From positions 124,001-188,000 of the IMG/VR virus record IMGVR_UViG_3300013116_000108: a stretch of 64,000 nucleotides of DNA; one strand, written 5' to 3'. The notes below the pieces were generated by a model, which was given only the letters and a program-made list of their open reading frames with translations, did no database searches and had not been told where the DNA came from. This document shows, in pieces, positions 47,198-58,300 of this stretch (position 1 is its first letter; each line of letters starts with the position of its first letter). The position numbers and the translations under genes were made by a program.

Positions 47198-48409
47198 TTA
47201 TAGTTCTTCTCTATTTGTAGCGGCATCCCAGGCTTTACTATGTAACCCACCCCCACACATTTGTTGGCATTCGTAAGTACATAATTTGTGACTTGGATCT
47301 TTCCACGTTAAAGGTAAGATACTTTGAAAGTATTCATGATAAAATATTTCTTCTGCTGTATGTTGTTCTAAGTTGTTCCAACCTACACCATATTCTTTCT
47401 CTAACTTGTTATAATGTGTCATATCTTCTTGCTTTGTAGCCGCAATGTGGTTACAAGGCCATAAGTTCATTTCGCTATCAATATACATCATTTTATTTTC
47501 TTTAAAGTCGCAGGTAACTTGCGACATGTCTGATGATTCAATGATATCTTTATAAATTTTAGCGCCAGCATCTGTAATGTTTAATTCTTTTGCTGTTTCG
47601 GTTATCTCAATGTCTTGTTGATAAGATGTTCCATCAACATATTGAATCTTGCTTATTTCATCACCTTTAACTTCTTTACGATTTTTTGCTACTTTCTTAA
47701 TATCTGTTTCAACTGTAATTGCTTTTGGTGTATTTTGACTTTTTTCTAAGTGTTTAGCATTTTTATTTTCAACTTCGGCATAGTTATATTCCCAATTCCT
47801 AGTAGAAACATGCTTGTCAAATTGCCAAAAACCCATGTCCTTTGCTAGTTGTTGTGCTTCATCGACTTGATGTTTGTTATGCTCGAACACAATCATTTTC
47901 CATCTTGCTTTTCCGCCAGCATTAATATATGCTTGAGCATTAGCCATTACACGTTCGTGTTTAATTCCTATACGATATAACTTGTTAGTATCTGCTAATC
48001 CGTCAATACTAAATGTCATAATCTTTTCTATGCCTTGTGCCCTTTCGGCATAACCCATTGCTTTACCTACTCTAGCCCAACTTTCTGGTGATCTCATACT
48101 ACCGTTAGTTTCCACATCTATAATATAAGGACGTTTTGCTGTCTCAATAATAATTTCTTCCCAGTCAGGTGTCATAACAGGGTCGCCGTGACAACCACAA
48201 AATACCATATTAACTGGATTATCAATAGTAACAATATGTTTCATTCCGTCTAAAAACTTGTTCCATTGTGGGGCAAGTATGTGCCTTTGCCTCAAAGTAG
48301 GACGAACAATGCTAGTTCCCATGAAATGTCGAGGACATAATGGACAAGCAACGTTACAAAATGTTGATGTTTCTACTTGAAATGAATCTATTTCTTTAAA
48401 ATTAAACAT
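47198..48409 (-). CDS. Radical SAM protein with C-terminal SPASM/Twitch-like Cys cluster
   Basis: CNVACPLC, GDP, ETNG, FSIDG motifs; C-terminal C...WPC...C..C...C. Confidence 0.9.
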   Translation of the reverse strand: MFNFKEIDSFQVETSTFCNVACPLCPRHFMGTSIVRPTLRQRHILAPQWNKFLDGMKHIVTIDNPVNMVFCGCHGDPVMTPDWEEIIIETAKRPYIIDVETNGSMRSPESWARVGKAMGYAERAQGIEKIMTFSIDGLADTNKLYRIGIKHERVMANAQAYINAGGKARWKMIVFEHNKHQVDEAQQLAKDMGFWQFDKHVSTRNWEYNYAEVENKNAKHLEKSQNTPKAITVETDIKKVAKNRKEVKGDEISKIQYVDGTSYQQDIEITETAKELNITDAGAKIYKDIIESSDMSQVTCDFKENKMMYIDSEMNLWPCNHIAATKQEDMTHYNKLEKEYGVGWNNLEQHTAEEIFYHEYFQSILPLTWKDPSHKLCTYECQQMCGGGLHSKAWDAATNREEL

Positions 48410-48450
48410 AATTATTATATACTCACTTAATGATTACGATAAATATTTAT

Positions 48451-48882
48451 ATGAGTACTTACAGAGGATTTTCAACTCTTGGTAGCGAGTTTGCTACTCC
48501 TACAGTAACCGACTTTTTGGCGGCAAAAACTGATCTACAAAACAGTTTAAATGTTCGCTTGGGAGAACGAATAATGCGTCCAGAATTTGGTTGTGTTATT
48601 TGGGATATGTTATATGAACCGTTTACTGATGAGTTAGTTGATGACTTAATTGAAAATATTACTGATATAGGAAAAAGCGACCCGAGACTTGAACTGCTAG
48701 ACATTAGACCCACACAATATGAACACGGTATACAAGTGTCAATGATACTAAGATATATTCCTACTGATCAAACAGAAGCCATGATATATTCATTTAATCA
48801 AGAGGCGGCAGAAGTAGTACAAGACACAGTAAATATAGACAACACAGACAATTTAAACACAGGAACAGCAAATGGCTACTAG
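48451..48882 (+). CDS. gp25: Baseplate wedge protein, gp25-like
   Basis: R.GERIMRPEFGC.IW..LYEP...DPR motif; likely start 48451. Confidence 0.9.
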   Translation: MSTYRGFSTLGSEFATPTVTDFLAAKTDLQNSLNVRLGERIMRPEFGCVIWDMLYEPFTDELVDDLIENITDIGKSDPRLELLDIRPTQYEHGIQVSMILRYIPTDQTEAMIYSFNQEAAEVVQDTVNIDNTDNLNTGTANGY

Positions 48883-51800
48883 CACAAGACAAACAAATTT
48901 ATTCGTAAGCGAAGATTGGAAAAAAGTTTATCAAACTTTTAAAAGTGCTGATTTTGAAAGTTATGACTTTGAAACATTAAGATCAACAATGATATCATAC
49001 CTAAGGAAACAGTTTCCTGAGGATTTTAACGACTTTGTTGAAAGTTCAGAGTATATTGCTCTTATTGATTTAATTGCTTTCTTTGGGCAATCATTAGCAT
49101 ATAGGCAAGATTTAAATGCTAGAGAAAACTTTTTAGAGACAGCAGAACGAAGAGATTCTATTTTACGTCTTGCTAGTTTGCTATCATACAAGCCTAAACG
49201 AAATACTACTTCTATAGGATTATTAAAAATTGTTAGCATTAGTACAACTGAAGATGTTTTCGATTCAAACAACAATAACCTAAGTGGGAAAACTATATTT
49301 TGGGATGATTCTGTAAATAGTGATTACGAAGAACAATACAATACAATTATTAATGCGGCTTTAAGTTCTGCTCAAAGAATTGGTAAGCCTGCAAACGAAG
49401 TAACTACTGGATCAATCAAAACTCAAGAATATGAACTAAACTTGTTAGCAAATACACAACCGTTATTACCGTTTACAGCAGTTACTAATGGTGCTGATAC
49501 TAAATTTGAATTAGTTAACGGAACAATATCAGGAGAAAGTTACATTTACGAAAAATCTCCAATTCCAGGATCTACATATAACTTTTTATATAGATCAGAT
49601 GGGAAAGGAAATGCTTCTGCTAATACTGGTTTCTTTACAATGTTCAAGCAAGGCACACTAGGACAAATTGATTTTAATCTTACTAGCGGCTTGCCTAATA
49701 TCACATACAGCATTGATAAGGCTAACATTAATAATACTGACGTTTGGTTATATGAACTAGAAGATGACGGCACAGTAGGCGATGAATGGACGCAAGTACC
49801 TGCTATTAGCGGATCAAATGTTATCTATAATAGTTTAAGTTTATCAAATAGAAAGTTGTTTGCTGTTGAGTCGATGGTTGATGATAAAATTAAACTAGTA
49901 TTTGCTGATGGTGTGTTTGCTGACATTCCTAAAGGAACTTTTAGATGCTATTTTAGGCAAAGTGCTGGAACTACTTACTCTATAAAAAGTACAGACATCA
50001 ACAATGTTGAATTAAATTTTAACTATATTAGTAGAACTAATCAAGAAGAAAATTTATCTATAGGATTAACACTACAACAAAATATTAATACAGCAAACAG
50101 AAACGAAACATTAACTAATGTTAAAAAACTAGCACCGCAGGCGTACTATACACAAAACAGAATGGTTAACGGTGAAGACTATAATATCTATCCGTTAACA
50201 CAATTTACAAGTATCATTAAATCAAAAGCAGTTAATAGGGCGGCAAGTGGTATTAGCAGATTCTTAGATGTTAAAGATACTACAGGTAAATTTAGTAGTA
50301 CAAATATATTCAGTGATGATGGTGTATTTTACAAAGAATACACAACTAAAAAAGACACATTTAGTTTTCTAAACGATAATGAAATTATTGATGTAATTAA
50401 AAATACGTTAGAACCAAATTTAGCCAGCAAACCAATGTATCATTTTTACTTAGATAAATTTGTATCTCAAGCATTCGCAAACAAAGTTACTTGGGTTAAG
50501 GTATCGAGTACATCTAACACTACAACAGGATACTTTAAAGATGCTACCGGAGAAGCAATACAAATTGGAACAGGTGTGTCAAATGTAAACAAGTATCTTA
50601 CACTAAACAGCATGATTAAATTTATACCTGAAACTGGAAAACACTTTATGTCTAACGGTTCTCACATGGACGGTACTGATACAGATCACATAGGTGCTAC
50701 AATGCAGACGTGGTCATCTATAAAATTAATAGATACTAACGGATTGGGAGGACTAGGTAACGGATTAAAATCAGCAGGCGTTGGTGCTGTTACACTTAAT
50801 GAATTAGTACCAACAGGTGCTACTGTTGAAAGAGTATTTCCTAAATGGGTAAGTGATATTCCTACATCATTAGAAAACACAATTAAAACAAATATTAAAG
50901 AATATAAAGACTTTGGTTTAAGGTTTGATCATATTACTAGCACATGGTCTATTATTACTAGTGACAATTTAGCAGTTGATAAAGGCTACAGTGATGACAA
51001 TGCTGGAAATACTAGTGGAACAAAAATTGATGCTAGTTGGCTAGTACAATTTACAACCGACGGTGTACAATACACGATTAAAACTAGACAATTAGATTAC
51101 TACTTTGCTAGTAAAGACGAAACTAGATTTTACTTTGATAAGGCTATAAAAATTTACGATAGTGTCACAGGAACTACAATCAAAGATAGATGTACAGTAT
51201 TAAAAGTTAACAATAGACCAACAAGTAACAAACCATTAGAAGAAGATTATGCTTTGGATATTATCGATATGGTTACTGAAGTTGACGGATACAAAGATAA
51301 CACAAAAGTTAAAGTAACACTTGGTGATGCTGATAATGATAGTGTAACAGATAACCCAGAAATGTTTGAAAAAATTGTTGGCGTAGACGATCCTACAGGC
51401 TTAGCAAAAAATAGAAAATTTGTGTTCTTTAAGCAATTTTATGATTACGATAACATCGAAAGGTATCAACCTATAGGACAAAAAGTAATTTGTTACGATT
51501 ATAAGACAATGAGGGAAATACACAGCAATAAAGGTCTGTTTCCAGAAGGTAAAGTATTTTATGCTACAACTGAAAATAAATTTACTACATCATTTAAAGA
51601 CGCTACAGGAACATTAAAATTAACACCGGCGGCTAACCCAGGCGAACAGTTTGGAGGAAATCTTGGATCAGAAGTACAAGCATATAAAGTTTATATAGGG
51701 CGTGATAATTTAAAATTTCAATACAAACACAATGCTCCTAATAACAGACGTATTGATCCTAGTCCGAGCAATTTAATTGACATGTACATCTTAACTCAAT

Positions 51801-52399
51801 CGTATTCAGACTTGTATAGAGAATGGATTTTAGATGTTACAGATAAAATTATAAAGCCAACAGAACCTACAGCAGAAAACTTGAGAGCGTCATTTAGCAC
51901 TATTGAAAATTCTAAAAGTATTTCAGATACAATAATATATCACTCAGCAAAATTTAAACCATTGTTTGGCGATAAAGCAGACACTAGTTTACAAGCAATC
52001 TTTAAAGTTGTAAAACTACCAGGCGCTGGCATTAGTGACTCTGAAGTTAAAGCATCTATTATTGATGCTATTAATGACTACTTTAATGTTTCAAATTGGG
52101 ACTTTGGTGATACTTTTTACTTCTCAGAATTAAGTGCTTTCTTACATAATACGTTAGCAAATAAAATAAGTTCTGTTGTTATTGTACCAAAAAGCACAAC
52201 ACAAGTATTTGGTAGTTTATTTCAAATCCGCAGTAATTACGATGAAATTTTAATCAGTGGAGCAACAGTTGACGATGTAGAAATAATTGATAGTATAACA
52301 GCAACTAAGATACAAGCAGGTGGTTCTATATCGAGTTTAGATACTACTACAAACACAACAGCAAGTGCTGTTACAACTAGCGGGAGCACCTCGTACTAA
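48872..52399 (+). CDS. gp6: Baseplate wedge protein, gp6-like (extended)
   Basis: DFETLR..MI.YL....P..FND, ENFL.TAERR.S..RLA..L.Y.P, F.DGVF, QNRMVN.EDY motifs; follows gp25. Confidence 0.85.
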   Translation: MATSTRQTNLFVSEDWKKVYQTFKSADFESYDFETLRSTMISYLRKQFPEDFNDFVESSEYIALIDLIAFFGQSLAYRQDLNARENFLETAERRDSILRLASLLSYKPKRNTTSIGLLKIVSISTTEDVFDSNNNNLSGKTIFWDDSVNSDYEEQYNTIINAALSSAQRIGKPANEVTTGSIKTQEYELNLLANTQPLLPFTAVTNGADTKFELVNGTISGESYIYEKSPIPGSTYNFLYRSDGKGNASANTGFFTMFKQGTLGQIDFNLTSGLPNITYSIDKANINNTDVWLYELEDDGTVGDEWTQVPAISGSNVIYNSLSLSNRKLFAVESMVDDKIKLVFADGVFADIPKGTFRCYFRQSAGTTYSIKSTDINNVELNFNYISRTNQEENLSIGLTLQQNINTANRNETLTNVKKLAPQAYYTQNRMVNGEDYNIYPLTQFTSIIKSKAVNRAASGISRFLDVKDTTGKFSSTNIFSDDGVFYKEYTTKKDTFSFLNDNEIIDVIKNTLEPNLASKPMYHFYLDKFVSQAFANKVTWVKVSSTSNTTTGYFKDATGEAIQIGTGVSNVNKYLTLNSMIKFIPETGKHFMSNGSHMDGTDTDHIGATMQTWSSIKLIDTNGLGGLGNGLKSAGVGAVTLNELVPTGATVERVFPKWVSDIPTSLENTIKTNIKEYKDFGLRFDHITSTWSIITSDNLAVDKGYSDDNAGNTSGTKIDASWLVQFTTDGVQYTIKTRQLDYYFASKDETRFYFDKAIKIYDSVTGTTIKDRCTVLKVNNRPTSNKPLEEDYALDIIDMVTEVDGYKDNTKVKVTLGDADNDSVTDNPEMFEKIVGVDDPTGLAKNRKFVFFKQFYDYDNIERYQPIGQKVICYDYKTMREIHSNKGLFPEGKVFYATTENKFTTSFKDATGTLKLTPAANPGEQFGGNLGSEVQAYKVYIGRDNLKFQYKHNAPNNRRIDPSPSNLIDMYILTQSYSDLYREWILDVTDKIIKPTEPTAENLRASFSTIENSKSISDTIIYHSAKFKPLFGDKADTSLQAIFKVVKLPGAGISDSEVKASIIDAINDYFNVSNWDFGDTFYFSELSAFLHNTLANKISSVVIVPKSTTQVFGSLFQIRSNYDEILISGATVDDVEIIDSITATKIQAGGSISSLDTTTNTTASAVTTSGSTSY

Positions 52400-55300
52400 T
52401 GGCTAAAAGAAAGACAAGTTCGTTTTTACCTAAGGCGTACCAAACAGAAAAAAATAAAAAGTTTTTAAGTGGAACATTAGACCAGTTAATGAACAGTTCC
52501 AACCTTACAAGGATGGACGGATATATTGGTCGTAGGTATTCGCCAAGTTATAAAACTACAGATAATTATTTGGCATCTTCTGGATTAAGAAGTAATTATC
52601 AATTAGAACCTGCTATTGTACTTAAAAAAGATTCAAACATCGCAAGTGATAACGATGTTGGTTCAATTGTAACATACGACGACCTGCTCCACAAACTAAA
52701 AAATAATAGTGTTAATACAACTGATCACAATAAACTTTTTAATCAAGAATTTTATAACTGGTCAGGGTTTATTAATTTTGACACTCTTGTAAACTACGGA
52801 AGTTATTACTGGCTTAAAGATGGGCCTAATGCTGTTACTGTAACAGGTAAAGATATTAAAACATCAGGAGCATGGTCAACAAAATACGATTCTGTAAACA
52901 ACGAATATACAGTCTCAGAAATAAAAGGCAAGAACCCTACAATTTACTTACGTCGGGGCGGCAATTATACGTTTACAGCAGATCAAACAGCAGAATTTTA
53001 TATACAAACAGAGCCAGGGTCAATCACTGGAATTGAGAAGGCATCTCCTACAAAAAGCACTAGAGAAATTTATGGTGTTGAAAACAACGGCAGTAAGAAT
53101 ATAACATTTACAGTTCCGCCAATTGATGCTCAGTCATGGTTTGATACAGATTTATCTCTTTTACAAGATGTTAATTTAGTAAGTAATTTACCATGGAACA
53201 AAGTACAGGGACGAGATGTCGACAACCTTATTTCATTAGATAGTGGTATTGACAATCAACGTGTATTAGATGGCAAGACTATTATATTCATACAAGATTC
53301 TGATTCTGCAACAGATAACACTAACTGGACAACTACTGGTATAGATTATACTCAAGCACCTTATAAAGACACAGGATTTTCTGTAAACAACGGACAAGTT
53401 GCTACAGTAGATAGACAAGGTGTCTATCAAATTAGTATTGTTAGTAATAAAATTGTATTATCAAAAGTTGCTAATATAACTTTTACTGATAAAGTTTATG
53501 TTACAGAAGGATCAACATACGCCGGAAGGCACTTCTACAAAGCAGTAGAAACTAATCACATTACAGTTATTCCTATACTAACAGCAAAACTAGATACACT
53601 TTACTATCAGCATGCCACAGATAAAACAGCATATGGAACAATTAAAATAGTTAGTGACGTTGCTCAATCAATCGAGCCGGCTGACTTTTTAGGGAAAAAA
53701 ACTTATACCGCACCTAACGGTGTTGTGTTTACTAACGGACTAAAAATAACATTTGATACAACTATAACAGAAACAAAATATAAAAATAAGTCGTTTTATA
53801 TAGAAGGTGTAGGCGACAGCATACACCTAGTAGATACTACATTAACTATTTCTGAAACAGGCTCTGAAACTAAAGATTATATTGTAATGGCGAGAGGTGC
53901 CAAAGATATGAATGCCTGGAGTAGAGCAAACAAATGGTTTCATAAGGATGTTATTACAGCGGCCGCAACGTATAACAATGAAATAATAAGTGTTGACGAT
54001 AGTTTAAGAGCAGTAAGACCTATCATTGAATACAATGCTGGGTTACATTTATACAACCACGGTACTACTGGTATTAGTGGTGTTTCGCTAATTGATACAA
54101 CAACTACAGACGCACTATCTAATATAAATGGCACAAGTGGTTCCTATGTTGATAGCACAGAATTAAAAGCCTTTGACAGAATTATTTTTACAAAAGATAA
54201 TGACTTACAAACTAGGAAAACTATTTGGACTGTTGGTTGGAGAGATATTAACGGTGATTCAACTGTTGATTTCTTAACACTTGGAAATGATGACGCATCA
54301 GAAGTTACTACAGGCAGTAGTGTTGTTCTTAACAAAGGTCTAACAGGTAAAGGAAAAACATACCACTGGGACGGTACTAATTGGATCGCTTCACAAACTA
54401 AAACAAAAATAAATCAATACCCTATTTTTGAATTATATGATAGCAACGGTGTTAGTATTAATGATACATCAACATATCCGTCGAGTGACTTTTTAGGAAA
54501 TAGTTTATTTAAGTATAGTACAGGAACTGGAACAAACGATACAGAATTAGGGTTTCCGTTAAAATACAGAACATTTAATAATATAGGTGATATTTTATTT
54601 GATAACACCTACGTCAACGAAACATTTAATTATAAGAAAACAACAGGTGTAACAGAAATAAGCACAGCAACCACGTTAGCAAAAATAACACATCCTTATA
54701 GCGGAGCAGTGACTTATTCAAATGGTTGGACTAAAGGTATCCAAAAAAGTAGACAGTATCAGCAAGTAGAATATACAGTCGAAGATGTAACTGTTAAGTC
54801 ATACAACTTAGGAGCAAATCCAGATGTATCGACAACAGCATTGCCAACAACATTTGTTTATATTAATAACAAACGTACAAAGAATTTTACAATAGCATTA
54901 GAAGAAGGATTTTATAACTGTAAAATAGAAGATACTCTTTCATTAGGCGATTCTATTACTATTCAGTTTTACAGTCAAACAACTTCTAAAATAGGATACT
55001 ATGTGGTTCCTAAGAATTTAGAAAGCAACGGACAAAATGAAAAGTTTGCTAATATTACTTTAGGACAATTACAAAATCACATTACCGCATTAATTGATAC
55101 TAATAAATTTTTTACAGGTTCGTTACAAGGAAGTAATAATTTAAGAGACTTATCCGGAGCAAAAGAGACAGAAGGACTAATAACACAGCACAGTTCACCA
55201 ATGATCCTTCCTATGATTTTTAGTGAGCACAGCAACGTAAACTATGTTAATTCGTTAAAGTTTGCTAATGCTGAATATGAAAAATTTAAATCTAAATTCT

Positions 55301-58300
55301 TAAATTCTTTAGAAACTTTAGACGGATTAGACTTAACAAATGTAAGTGAAACTGTTGATACTATCATGGAACATGTTAATGCTAATAAAAGTTCAACGTT
55401 TCCTTTTTATACGTCAGACATGGTTCCTTACGGAGCGGATGTAGAAATAACAACATACACTATTACTGACGATAGAGACAAAACATACGAGATTGACAGT
55501 ATATTTGACAATACACTTCCAAGTAATAGAGCTATATTGGTTTACTTAAATGATGTACAACTATACAATGACATCGACTATACATTTGAATCAACTAGTT
55601 CAAACATTAGGCTTATTAAAACAATAGCAATTGGCGACGTGTTAAAAATTGCCGACTACAATAACACACTAGGAAACTACGTTGCTCCTACACCGACTAA
55701 ACTGGGACTGTATCCAAAGTTTAAACCTGAAATAGTCAGCGACAACACTTACGCTGACACACAAACTATTATTATTGGGCACGACGGTAGTAGAACTATA
55801 GCATATGGCGATACTAGAGATAATGTTATATTAGAACTTGAAAAAAGAATTTACAATAATATTAAAACACATTATCAAGAAAACGTATTTGATATTAAAA
55901 AGTATACTCCAGGGCGTTGGAGAGAAACTGATACAACAGTAGCAGAAGTTAATGATATTTTAGAAGATGAGTTTTTACGTTGGACTACTAAACATAGAAT
56001 TAGTTATACTGATAACACATTCTTTGATGCTAACGATTCTAAAACTTGGAACTATAAAAACTTTACAGATAAACTAGACAAAAGTTTATTCAAGCAAAGC
56101 CACTGGAAGGGATTGTTTGTATATTATTACGATACTTATAAACCTCACACTAATGCTTGGGAAATGTTTGGTTGGACTGAAAAACCAACTTGGTGGGAAA
56201 CCAGGTATGGTGTAGCACCTTATACATCAGGCAACGAAGTATTATGGAATGATGTAAGAGACGGTCACCGATATACTAGTGCTACAGAATTTACAGCAAG
56301 TACTTTGTATAAAAGAGAAAACATATATTCAATGATGCCTGTAACAGAAAATGGAGAAATATGTTCTCCTATTGATTGCTTAACTACTAACGCAGGCGAT
56401 TTGTCACCAAGCCATTCATGGAAATACGGAGACGGTGCTCCGCCGGAAATTGCTTGGAAAAACTCTAGTAGTTACCCATTTAGTGTACAACATTTATTAT
56501 CACTAATTAGGCCAGCAGAATACTTTAGTCAACTGTTTAATAAAAGTCAAATAGTTAGAGGAGCATTAACTGATCAGTTAGTGCTAACATCAACTAACCA
56601 GCGTCAAACACCTTCGGATTTAAAAGTTGATACTTCTACTACAAGATACGAGGGCTGTGGAAACTATATTGCCGATTATTTACGTTGGTTAAATGTAGAT
56701 GTACAAACAAATTTAACAGACATACTTAAAAACTTAGATATTAAATTGGTACACAAATTAGAAGGCTATACAGATAAAAAACTTATTAAAGTATTAGCAG
56801 AACAAGTGTCGCCAACTAGTACAAGTAACTCTGTTTATGTACCAGATGAAGACTACGCTATCCATTTACATAAAACAGGCCCAATTAAAACTATACCATA
56901 CAGTGGTGTAATTATTCAAGGCAATGCTAGTGGATATACTGTATTTGGTTATAATTTAAATAATCCAAGATTTACTATTCACAAGCCTATAGAAAACGGC
57001 AACTTTAAAATACATGATGTTAACGACGATCGTGTTGTAGAATACGAAGATTATTCTACAGAAGAGGAATCTATTCCTTACGGAACTTCGTTTGATACAA
57101 AACAAGAAGTAGCAAATTTCTTGTTCTCTTACCAAAAATATTTGACAAACAGTGGTTACGATTTTGATAATAGAATGGAAGACTTTGGTACACAAAAAAT
57201 TGTAGCAAACTGGACGATGAGTGTTAAGGAATTTGTTCATTGGTCTGGGCAAGGCTGGACACCAGGGTCAGTTATTACAATAAGCCCTAGTTCACTAAGA
57301 GTTAGATGCTTAACGTCAATGGGTGTTGCTGATACTTTGTCTAACAGTCAAGCCGAGACAAATGTATTAAACGCTAACTATGAACCACTAAGACCGGGTT
57401 CGTATAAAATGAACAGGCAAGACAACGAATTTGAATTAACACCAAATGAAATTGCCGGAGGCATTTATTTTGTTAATGCTAAACTTGTTGAGTATGAACA
57501 TGTTTTAGTGTTTAACAATGTGACAAGATTTAATGACGTAATATACCAGCCTGGATTAGGCAACAGACAATATAGACTAAGAATAGTAGGAAATAAAACA
57601 GGTGGCTGGGATGGTAGTTTATCAGCAGAAGGATTTATTTACAATGATGGCAACGTTCCTGGTTGGGTAGAAAATACAAACTATTCGCGAGGTGACATTG
57701 TTAAATTTAGAGACAGGTTATATACAAGTTCAGTATCACATACAAGCTCAAATAAATTTGTATATGAAAACTGGACACAAACTGATTCATTTAAAATAGG
57801 ATTACTTCCTAACTTTGATACATTAGGTAAAAACTTTGAAAGTTTTTACGACATTAATGCTGTTAACTTAGAAAGCGAAACAGACAAGTATGGCAAGGGT
57901 TCTATTGGCTATCAAAATAGAGAATACTTCAATCAAATTGGCATGGATGATGTTAGCCAAGTTAAGTTTTATCAAGGAATGTTACAAGAAAAAGGTACAA
58001 CAAATGCTGTTAACAAATTAATTAGAAGCAAGTTTGATAAAATTAGTAGTGACATTAATTTTTATGAAGAGTGGGCTATTAGAAATGCTGAATACGGAGC
58101 AACTGACTTAAACTCTAGAGTTGAAATACAACTAAACGAAGAAGGATTTATAGATAATCCACAACCTATTACAACACTTAACACAACACAAGAAAAGTCT
58201 AGTGTTGACAGCAAGACTGAATATCTAACAAGTGAGTTATTTAAAGCACCAGCAGATATAAGTTATGACTGGGTTCCAGTAAGGAAAAATTATGTTGATG

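Noticed and set aside
4825-48450. ORF-track start positions 4825, 11168, 16520, 19362, 31286, 34329, 46495, 48430
   Set aside because: Downstream ATGs have better SD, translational coupling or promoter spacing and avoid long overlaps; shorter starts used
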